The notes under the pieces: generated by a model
What the model saw: the letters and a program-made list of their open reading frames with translations, nothing else
What the model was told of the DNA's origin: nothing
Databases searched by the model: none
From: an uncultured Candidatus Saccharibacteria bacterium
Lineage (GTDB): Bacteria; Patescibacteriota; Minisyncoccia; Minisyncoccales; 2-12-FULL-40-12
NCBI GenBank assembly: GCA_964518135.1
Contig: CAZFEY010000001.1
Coordinates: 2,856 to 66,855, forward strand
Reading direction: 5' to 3'
DNA: 64,000 bases
Made by a program: the position numbers and the translations under genes
Shown: positions 1 to 8,500 of the stretch, in pieces
Layout of the letters: each line of letters opens with the position of its first letter
Numbering within the stretch: the stretch's first letter is position 1

Positions 1-47
1 AGTTTTTATTGCCTTAACCAACATTTTCGTTATATCAAGGATTTCTG

Positions 48-80
48 CTACCTGGCGTACCAGGTAGTGAAAGTTCAACT
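48..80. repeat. left boundary of GIY-YIG cassette: 12-bp direct repeat 'ctacctggcgta' (48-59) followed by inverted-repeat arm 'ccaggtagtgaaagttcaac'
   Basis: Same 12-mer recurs at 375-386; 48-67 forms perfect hairpin ctacctgg-cgta-ccaggtag; arm is imperfect inverse of 360-382. Confidence 0.5.
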
Positions 81-352
81 TAATTTTTCAGCTTATTTTC
101 GTAGAAATGTTCTTTCAACGTGCGCTTCAACAATCTAGACCCTTGGTTCGTTTTAAGATATTCTTCTCTACGCTTAGCATCTTTATCGTTAAGATACGCC
201 TCATAATGAATCAACTGCCATGGTCTATGTGATTTTGTTGAAAAATTCAATCCGCGATTATGTTCTAAAAACCGTTCTTTTAACTTGGTAGTATAGCCGA
301 TATACAAATCTAAATAATTTCTACTCGACAAAACGTAAACATAATGAAACAT
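80..352 (-). CDS. small GIY-YIG nuclease-domain protein (90 aa)
   Basis: N-terminal 'YVYVL...YIGYT' GIY-YIG motif; size and sequence typical of stand-alone GIY-YIG catalytic-domain proteins; paralog of 14399..14647. Confidence 0.75.
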   Translation of the reverse strand: MFHYVYVLSSRNYLDLYIGYTTKLKERFLEHNRGLNFSTKSHRPWQLIHYEAYLNDKDAKRREEYLKTNQGSRLLKRTLKEHFYENKLKN

Positions 353-359
353 AATCGCT

Positions 360-386
360 GGTGTCGAATTTCTACTACCTGGCGTA
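360..386. repeat. right boundary of GIY-YIG cassette: inverted-repeat arm 'gtcgaatttctactacctgg' + 12-bp direct repeat 'ctacctggcgta' overlapping rny stop codon
   Basis: Reverse complement 'ccaggtagtagaaattcgac' matches left arm 'ccaggtagtgaaagttcaac' (about 16/20); 12-mer encodes YAR* of RNase Y and is duplicated at 48-59. Confidence 0.5.
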
Positions 387-1904
387 TTCTATAATTTTCT
401 TTTCTCGAATCAAATTAACTTTTATTTCACCCGGGTACTTCAACTCATCTTGAATTCTGTCAGCTATCTCTCGAGCCATTTTCTTGGCAGCGTAATCATC
501 AATTTCATCCGGCCTTACAAAAATCCTGATTTCGCGCCCCGCTTGAATAGCATAACTTTTATCAACACCCGAAAAAGAATTGGCAATGGCTTCCAAATCG
601 CCCAGTCTCTTTAGATAATTTTCAGCAGTATCTTTCCTTGCGCCAGGCCTTGCTCCAGAAATTGCATCTGCTGCATGCACGAGAACTGCTTCTAGATTAC
701 CGTAGGGATATGTTTCGTGATGAGATCTCATTGCTAAGATTATATCCTCTTCAACGTGGAACTTTTCTAAAATTTTCATTCCAATCTCAAGGTGAGATCC
801 TTCGACCTGATGATCAACTGCCTTTCCGATATCGTGCAGAAGTCCTGCTTTTTTAGCCACCTTTACGTTTCCTCCAAGATCAGCCGCCAGAGCCCCGGCA
901 AGGAAGCCCACCTCCATAGAATGCAACAAAACGCTTTGGCCATAGCTTGTGCGAAAGCGTAGTCTGCCAAGCAACTGCACTAATTTTGGGTCAAGATCTA
1001 AAATACCCATTTCGTAAACCGCTTGCTCGCCAGCTTCTTTCATTTGAGAATTTATTTCCTGCTCTGCCCAAACAACCACATCTTCGATCCTGGCAGGTTG
1101 AATTCGACCGTCTTTAATGAGTTTCTCCAAGGCCAACCTTGCTACTTGGCGACGTACTGGGTCAAAAGAAGAAATAATAACTGTCTCTGGCGTATCATCA
1201 ACCATTAACTCCACACCGGTCAACTTTTCAAAAGTTCTAATATTTCTTCCTTCCTTACCGATTATTCTTCCTTTTATTTCCTCTGACGGCAAGCTAATGG
1301 TAGTAGTTGAAAGCTCCTGCGCCTGATGAGCAGAATACCTTTGAATAGCTGTTGCTAACAATTCTTTTGATTTCTTTTCGTAAGCTTCGGCTCCAGCCGT
1401 TTCTAATTTTTTCATTCTTTCCAAGATGTCTTTTTGGTGGTCTTCTTCTATTTTTTCAAATAATTCTTTTTTCGCTTCGTTTTTGGACAATCCAGCTATT
1501 TTTTCCAGCTTCGCCCCTACCCTTTGTTCAGCACCCTCCAGGTTGGCTTTGATTTCTTTTAGCTTCTCTACTTTTTGATTGAAATCAACTTCTTTTCTTT
1601 CAAAGCCGGTTATCTTCTCGCCCAAAAGACTCTCTCTTTCTGTGAGGATTTTTTCTGTTTTGAGAAATTCGTCTCTTTTTACGTCTATCTCTTTTCTAGT
1701 GTCTTCTAGAACCTTACTGGCTTTTTCTTTGGCAGAAGCCAAAATAGATTCAGCTTCTTCTCTTGTTAGCTGAATTTTCTTCTGTAGTTTCGCCTCTATT
1801 GTGCGATGATCTCTTCTGGCTAGTGTTTGACGAGCGTAATAACCGGCAAAGACTCCCACAATTACAAAAGCCGTGCCTAAAAACGACAAAATTAATGGAT
1901 TCAT
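375..1904 (-). CDS. rny: ribonuclease Y (N-terminal TM, KH and HD domains)
   Basis: N-terminal membrane helix, coiled-coil, KH motif 'IGKEGRNIRTFEKLTGVEL', HD domain 'LLHDIGK'; length 509 aa. Confidence 0.9.
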   Translation of the reverse strand: MNPLILSFLGTAFVIVGVFAGYYARQTLARRDHRTIEAKLQKKIQLTREEAESILASAKEKASKVLEDTRKEIDVKRDEFLKTEKILTERESLLGEKITGFERKEVDFNQKVEKLKEIKANLEGAEQRVGAKLEKIAGLSKNEAKKELFEKIEEDHQKDILERMKKLETAGAEAYEKKSKELLATAIQRYSAHQAQELSTTTISLPSEEIKGRIIGKEGRNIRTFEKLTGVELMVDDTPETVIISSFDPVRRQVARLALEKLIKDGRIQPARIEDVVVWAEQEINSQMKEAGEQAVYEMGILDLDPKLVQLLGRLRFRTSYGQSVLLHSMEVGFLAGALAADLGGNVKVAKKAGLLHDIGKAVDHQVEGSHLEIGMKILEKFHVEEDIILAMRSHHETYPYGNLEAVLVHAADAISGARPGARKDTAENYLKRLGDLEAIANSFSGVDKSYAIQAGREIRIFVRPDEIDDYAAKKMAREIADRIQDELKYPGEIKVNLIREKKIIEYAR

Positions 1905-2076
1905 GAGTGAATTTTAGAGTTTGGGTATCTGACATTTAAGAAAATTGATTATGTTAATACCAAAAACTAATTAAAACAACTTGATAATTTCGATAAATAA
2001 ATCTTAGCAAAAAAAGGCGGGGGAGTCTACCCGGTAGTAGCCCCGCCATCTTTCGCACTATGCTTGCTATTTTCTA

Positions 2077-2658
2077 TTATTTTATCTTAATAACTTCATC
2101 AATGATCCCGTAGTCCTTAGCTTCTGGTGCTGATAAATAAAAATCTCTGTCAGTATCTTTTTCAATCTTATCGAGTGGCTGATTTGTGTGTTTTGCCAGA
2201 ATTTTATTGAGTTTTTCTTTGATTTTAACTATTTGCTTAGCCGTAATTTCAATTTCTATTGCCGCTCCCGTAGCCCCTCCCATAACTTGATGTAAAAGAA
2301 TCTCAGAGTTAGGTAGGGCGAAGCGCTTACCTTTTTGACCAGCTGCCAATATGGTGGCTGACATGGAAGCTGCCATACCTATGCAAACCGTTGAAACATC
2401 TGGTTTCACATATTGCATCGTATCATAAACCGCCAATCCCGCTGTTACCGACCCTCCCGGGCTATTAATATACAGTCTGATATCTTTATTAGGATCTTGA
2501 CTTGAGAGAAAAAGCAATTGAGCGATGACTGAATTCGCCAAGACATCTGTAACCGGTCCTGCCAAAAAAATAATTCTTTCTTTTAAAAGCCTGGAATAAA
2601 TATCGTAAGCTCTTTCTCCGTATTGGCCTTTTTCAATAACCGTAGGGATTAAATTCAT
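2077..2658 (-). CDS. clpP: ATP-dependent Clp protease proteolytic subunit
   Basis: Conserved ClpP core 'RIIFLAGPV...[20 protein letters not shown]...MGMAASMSA'. Confidence 0.9.
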   Translation of the reverse strand: MNLIPTVIEKGQYGERAYDIYSRLLKERIIFLAGPVTDVLANSVIAQLLFLSSQDPNKDIRLYINSPGGSVTAGLAVYDTMQYVKPDVSTVCIGMAASMSATILAAGQKGKRFALPNSEILLHQVMGGATGAAIEIEITAKQIVKIKEKLNKILAKHTNQPLDKIEKDTDRDFYLSAPEAKDYGIIDEVIKIK

Positions 2659-2711
2659 ATAGTAAATATATAATTAATATAGCAGCAAATTTGATACAGG
2701 TAAAATTTTTA

Positions 2712-4031
2712 TTACTTCTCGGCTATGGCTTCTTTGTTATCTTTATCTTCTTTTTTCTTCTCTGATTTTTTCTTGGTTGTAGTTTTTTTGGTTTTTTTCT
2801 TTTCTGTGGTCTTCTCTTCTTTTTCTATCTTTTCTTTTTTTTCTTTCTCTGCTTCCTCTTCCTCTATTTCTTCTTCTATGTCTCCTGCCTGCTCTGCAGA
2901 TCTTACATCAATTTTCCAACCAGTTAATTTTGCGGCCAAACGAACGTTCTGCCCATCTCTACCAATAGCTAAGGACAACTGATCATCTGGCACAATCACC
3001 AAAGCCTTATTTCTTGGCAAGATTTTTACCTCTAAAACTTTGGCTGGGGCAATAGAATTAGCTATGAATTTTTCCGGATCGTCCGAATACTCAATGATGT
3101 CTATTTTTTCTCCACCCAATTCGCTTATTATGGCAGTAACCCTGGCTCCCCTCTGACCAACGGCGGAGCCAATTGGGTCTATGCTTTCTTCTGTAGAAAA
3201 CACGGCTATTTTTGATCTAAATCCAGCCTCCCTTGCGATGGCTCTTATTTGTACTTGACCGGCTGAAATTTCCGGTACTTCCAATTCGAAAAGTTTTGAA
3301 ACAAGTTTTGGATAAGCCCTGGACAAGAAAATCACGGGGCCTTTCGGGCTTTCTTCTGCTTTTAACAAAAATAATTTCAATCGCTGTCCTTGTCTGTAAA
3401 ATTCTCCCGGAACCTGTTCTTCTTTGGTCAAAATGCCTAAAGTTTTTCCAATATCTAAAAATATATTTCTTCCTTCAATTCTCTGTACAATCCCGGAAAC
3501 TATTTCTCCTTCCTTAGAGCGATATTCACCCAAAATAGTTTCTCTTTCAGCTTCTTTTATTTTCTGCAGAATTACCTGTTTGGCCGTTTGAGCAGCGATT
3601 CTACCATAATTACCTTTGGATTCTAGGGAACTTTCCAATTCTTCTCCTGGTTTAATTTTGGGATTAATTTTCTTTGCCTCGTCTAGCATTATATGTCTTT
3701 CGGGATTAAACCTAACCTTTTTAGCAACTCCTTCCTCCTCTTCTCTTGTTTCCATTCTTTCGTCTTGATCTAATTCTTGGGACATCTGTTCGAGTTCCTC
3801 TTCAGAATAAATCATTGATTCGTCAACCACGATTTTCACCTGCCAAAATTTAACGTCCCCAGTTTCCATATTCATCTTTGCCTTTACGATCTGTCCTTTT
3901 TTGCCGTAATCTTTTTTGTAAGCCACAGCCAAAGCCGACTCAATTGTTTCAATGATTTTCTCTGTGGGAATTTCTTTTTCCTCTGCGATCTGCGCAATAG
4001 CAGAAATGAATGCTTTAATGTCTAATTCCAT
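2712..4031 (-). CDS. nusA: transcription termination/antitermination factor NusA with K/E-rich C-terminal tail
   Basis: NusA N-terminal domain, S1 and tandem KH regions ('GEIVSGIVQRIEGRNIFLDIG', 'IGRDGQNVRLAAKLTGWKIDV'); low-complexity lysine tail. Confidence 0.9.
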   Translation of the reverse strand: MELDIKAFISAIAQIAEEKEIPTEKIIETIESALAVAYKKDYGKKGQIVKAKMNMETGDVKFWQVKIVVDESMIYSEEELEQMSQELDQDERMETREEEEGVAKKVRFNPERHIMLDEAKKINPKIKPGEELESSLESKGNYGRIAAQTAKQVILQKIKEAERETILGEYRSKEGEIVSGIVQRIEGRNIFLDIGKTLGILTKEEQVPGEFYRQGQRLKLFLLKAEESPKGPVIFLSRAYPKLVSKLFELEVPEISAGQVQIRAIAREAGFRSKIAVFSTEESIDPIGSAVGQRGARVTAIISELGGEKIDIIEYSDDPEKFIANSIAPAKVLEVKILPRNKALVIVPDDQLSLAIGRDGQNVRLAAKLTGWKIDVRSAEQAGDIEEEIEEEEAEKEKKEKIEKEEKTTEKKKTKKTTTKKKSEKKKEDKDNKEAIAEK

Positions 4032-4235
4032 ATTTTCTAATTTTCGTTTTATTATTAAATCTTTTTTAAGAATAATCTCCCTGTTATTTTTGGGACAAAG
4101 TTCGAAAAAAAGAATAAATCTCTGCGTTGTTTTTTTTGAAACTTCGTTTCAAAAAAAATAGCTCTCTATTTATGAGCTACTGTTATAATAACATCTTATT
4201 AAACAAGTAACTACCTGTCAACTGGCGCAAATTAA

Positions 4236-4268
4236 AAAGCCTCCTTTTAAAGGGAGAGCTTTTTTACT
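4236..4268. terminator. putative bidirectional hairpin terminator
   Basis: 'ctccttttaaagggag' short stem followed by T-run on + strand; A/T-rich run on both sides; downstream of minus-strand lipoprotein gene. Confidence 0.3.
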
Positions 4269-4282
4269 GGCCGAACAAGAGG

Positions 4283-5080
4283 TTATTCTCTAGCGGGCAC
4301 GGAGGCTGTGGAAAGATATTCCACCATCTGCGACAGAGCGTCATCGAAAGCTATCATCCAGATACTACGGATATCATAGCTCGCATCGCCCAATACAGGA
4401 CCTGTACGCTCCTGAACCGCTGCCTCTACGTAGAATGCTTTTTCAACATCGCCAGAATAGATTTCCTCTAAGGCAAAATCTATTCTGATAGAAGCGTGGC
4501 GCATTCTCACGCCCTGAATCTCAAAGGTAATTGGTCCAAATTGAGGATCGTTCTCGCTTGCCTCATAAAGGGTGACTGTTGCCGAGAAAGTATGAGTCAC
4601 CGGTCGCAGATGTCCCATTCTAGGAGCAGCGACAGGATCAATAAAACCTTCTCTGATCAAATCTTCTTGACGTTGAACATTTCCAAGAAACCTATCCTCC
4701 ATCGATTTAGCAATGACTATATCCATACCCGCGTTATACAGCGCTGTCACCAACATCGCATACAGAACGTCTTTACCGACTCCGGGAATTTCTACTCCCT
4801 CTACCGGCATCACGCCGACGACACGGATTGCTTCTGGCTGATTACGATCTGCGCGCAAAAGCGCGAGCTCGTCGCTTAACTGACCTACCTGGTCAGTAAG
4901 CGCCTGAATTTGCCCCAAGAGCTGCGAGTTGATTCCATCCTCCGAAGTGGAAACCTGAACCGATTCCTGGATCGTCTCGGACGTCGATTCCTCGGCCGAT
5001 TCTTCTCCGTCGGCCCTGGCGGGACAAGCCATAATCATGATTACAATAATCACGACCAATACTAGCACGATACTTTTCAT
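4283..5080 (-). CDS. hypothetical lipoprotein (signal peptide with lipobox-like '...IMAC'), compositionally GC-rich
   Basis: Hydrophobic N-terminus then acidic Ser/Glu-rich linker; no recognisable catalytic motif; GC visibly about 50% vs about 37% in neighbours. Confidence 0.5.
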   Translation of the reverse strand: MKSIVLVLVVIIVIMIMACPARADGEESAEESTSETIQESVQVSTSEDGINSQLLGQIQALTDQVGQLSDELALLRADRNQPEAIRVVGVMPVEGVEIPGVGKDVLYAMLVTALYNAGMDIVIAKSMEDRFLGNVQRQEDLIREGFIDPVAAPRMGHLRPVTHTFSATVTLYEASENDPQFGPITFEIQGVRMRHASIRIDFALEEIYSGDVEKAFYVEAAVQERTGPVLGDASYDIRSIWMIAFDDALSQMVEYLSTASVPARE

Positions 5081-5093
5081 TGTTATCGCGCCT

Positions 5094-5150
5094 CCTTATT
5101 TAGATTTAGGTTACTATATTAATTATAGCACACTTTATTAATTGATGTCA
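5094..5150 (-). promoter_or_regulatory. sigma70-like promoter (TTGACA-N17-TATAAT) with conserved downstream motif TTAATATAGTAACCTAA
   Basis: Minus strand reads TTGACATCAATTAATAAAGTGTGCTATAATTAATATAGTAACCTAA then AGGAGG RBS and ATG; near-identical arrangement upstream of SPFH gene at about 38990-39060. Confidence 0.45.
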
Positions 5151-5153
5151 AGC

Positions 5154-5546
5154 CTACTGGTAAGCATCGGCATTTTCGAAAAAAGAGATCTCTTGCTGTT
5201 TTTGATTATCGTCAAGCTCAATCGCAATAATATCAATTTGCCAAGGATTATCTAACGCAATTTTGTTTTGTATTAACCAGCACTCGGCGGCTTTTGCGAT
5301 TTTTTTTCTCTTTATCAAATCAACTCTATCTTCTGGAAAGAAAACATTTTCCCTGTTAGTAAAAGAGGTTTTTACCTCAACAAAATTAATGACATCATCT
5401 TTTTTACAGACGATGTCAATTTCCCCGGTTTGAGGACCGGCCAAAAAACCAACCTTAAAATTTTTATCTAAAATTTTATATCCCTTACCTTGAAGATAAT
5501 CCAAAGCAATTTTTTCGCCCAGAATACCAATTTCTTTTCCATTCAT
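5154..5546 (-). CDS. YraN/UPF0102 family endonuclease-like protein
   Basis: 'GEIDIVCKKDDVINFVEVKT' matches UPF0102 core (GE-D..VEVK); probable true start MNGKEIG (ORF as listed overlaps giant gene). Confidence 0.65.
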   Translation of the reverse strand: MNGKEIGILGEKIALDYLQGKGYKILDKNFKVGFLAGPQTGEIDIVCKKDDVINFVEVKTSFTNRENVFFPEDRVDLIKRKKIAKAAECWLIQNKIALDNPWQIDIIAIELDDNQKQQEISFFENADAYQ

Positions 5547-5553
5547 AACACAA

Positions 5554-8500
5554 CTAAATCGCGAATCTATTCTGAATGACTCCCGATTTAACATTCATGA
5601 CTTTCGAAGTAAAGATGTGGGAATAAGAGCCGTCGTCATTTTTCTTTTCGATCTTAAGGTAATATTTGCCTGGCGGAACAAGAATATAATATCTTCCATA
5701 TTGATTAGCGACTCTTTTTACCATCTCTTTGTCAACATCGGCATTAAATATTCTTAATATCGCAAATGACAAGGGAAGTCCGGTATCTTTTTCCGATAAA
5801 GTTCCAAAGGTTCTTGTTTTGATATTTAAAGATATAAGCACGCCCAAAAGCATATACAAAAGAACCACGATCAGGTTTGCGCGCTCGGGAGCCAAAAGAA
5901 CGCTTACTATTGCCGAGGCAAAACCAACAACAAATAAAATATCTGCCAACTGCCTAAAAGTAATTTCTGTTTGAGAATAAAGTTTCATCAAATTCTTTTG
6001 CTTTTTGGCAAATTCATTCCAGTCGAACTTTTCTCTATCTAACGGAATGTCTCTCGCGACAACGTCTCCTTTTTCACCCACCTCAACTTCGCCACCAAAA
6101 TAAAGATTACTATATATTTCATCGTTGCTTCTGCCGTAAAGTGCTTTTGATGGGAATTTATAGTGGGTTTTATTGGCTACCATGGTGTATTTACCAGGTT
6201 CTGCCAAAAATCCATACCGACCATCCAAATCAGTAATCGACGTGGTTACCTCCTCGCCTTTTTCGTTCTGTAACATTACATAGGCTGGGTCTAATGGCTG
6301 TTTTGTGATTGAGTCATAAACGGTACCCCAACCTTTGCTCTTACGCTTTAATCCAAACGCAATCATAAGCGATGACAGTAATCTTAGAAGTTGCAAGCCC
6401 CAATTAGCCGGTGAAATCGGTATAAACCCAATTAATCCCAACCCACTCACAATCAATCCAGTCATTGCAATTGCCTTGGCAGTATCCTCTGCTGCGGGAC
6501 TATTTAACCAGCCACGGACAATATCAATAATACCTTTCTGCTCTTCTTCCTCTTCTGGAACTGCTGGCACGCATCTCTCCTCGGTCCATTCTTCTATGGA
6601 AATATATTCTTGTTCGATCTCACACCATTGAGTACCCGGAGGAACACATCTGTCCACCGTCCACTCTTCTTCTGGCATATATCTTTGTTCAACTTCGCAC
6701 CATCTCGCTCCGTCGGTAACACATCTCCTTTCGGTCCAATCTTGTTCTGGTATATACTGCCTTTCTTTCATGCACCACTTAAGAATAGGAGTTATACACC
6801 TTCCTTCGGTCCACTGTTCTATCGGTATGTATTGTTTTTCCGCTCCGCACCATTTGGTGCCCGGGGGAGTACAACGTTCTTCTGTCCAATCTTGCTCTGG
6901 AATAAAATGCTGTTCAAACTCACACCACTTAGCGCCTTCGGGCACGCATCTCTCCTCGGTCCATTCGTCTTGAGGTATAAACCTTTGTTCGTCTTCGCAC
7001 CATACTGTTAATGGCGGAGGGACGCATCTATCAACGCTCCATTCTTCTTCGGGTATGAATTGCTGCTCGGCTTCGCACCAAAGAGTTCCGTCAGGCGCGC
7101 ATCTTTCCTCGGTCCATTCGTCTTGAGGTATAAATTGTTGTTCTTTCTCACACCATTGATTTACCGGCCCTCCACCACCTCCAGGGACATCACACCTTGC
7201 GCTTGTCCATTCTCCTTGAGGTATAAAAGCATTTTCTTTGACGCACCAGGTCATCACCGCAGCTGGGAACCAATTAATGTTATTGCCATTATCTACAAAA
7301 TGAACTGGATCAATCGGCAGAGCCGCTTGGTTAACCGAATTCCCAACGTTCACGAAATCAACATTCCAAGCAGCAGGATTAATATTCCATTGGTCAGCTC
7401 CGGCTCCTCCTGCTCTCTCAAGGTTAATATTGTTTCCAGCCGCTCCAGCAATTTCCCAACTAGCCGGGCTTGTAATTGTTTGAGTGGAGTCTGATTGGAA
7501 AGCCAAAGTTTTGCCCGGTGTCGTGCAGCTAAAATTCCAAAAAGTAGAGTTACCACTGATGGTTGAGGTTTGGGTCGCATCATTAAAGGTAACTGTGTTA
7601 TTGCTATGAGAAAATATTCCATTCTTAGTCCAATTACTACCCAAAGTGATATTTTTACCATCGGCATTAAGATTTGCGGCGGCATCTATTGTTAGACTGC
7701 CAGTTAAAGCATTGGCTCCGGTCAGATTTCCCACCGGAACATATGTTTCAGCTCCGGAAAACTGAATTGAATTATAGGTGGTGGTTGTAACATTAATATT
7801 TCCCGCAGCATTCGTTGCTGAATACTGAACAGTGGAATTAGTTCCAGGAGTCAAAGTGCCATTAACAGTTAAAACTGTTGCTACGGCTCCGGCATTGGCA
7901 AGGTTCAATATGTACCCATTAGAGGCGAGATCCAACGTATTGTTAGCATTAACGGTCATTATGTCCGCAGTCATTGAGGAAGCCAAGGTCAGCTCATTTC
8001 CTGCTCCTCCGCCAATAACTACTGCTCCAATATTTTGCTTAACCGCTGTGGAGTCGGTGTAGTTATTGTCTTCGACTCCATCAAAAGTTAAAGTTCCTCC
8101 TTTAGTGTAGGTAGTGCCTGCGTCTAAAGTAAAGTTGCCGGCATAATTCTGGCTCAAAGCATTGGTGTCAAAAGTACCAGCTGATTGTAAAAAATTTCCA
8201 TCAACATCTAAAGCATTGTTGGTTAATTGTAGGATTCCGGCTCCGGAGTGGGTTAGATGATTGAAAAGGAATCCCGCTCCTACTCCTCCGGAGTCCAGGG
8301 CTTGGGTGCCGGCGGCAGCGCTAAAAGTAACAAGACCCTCTCTTGGAGTAAATGTTCCATTATTATCCCAATTACCGGCCAGAGTAATATTATAATCACC
8401 ACCAAAAACAGCATCTAGGGTAGCGCCGTTATCAATGGTTAAGCTTCCCGTTAAAGCATTTGCGCCAGTATGATTACCTTCTAAAATATAAGTTTCAGCG

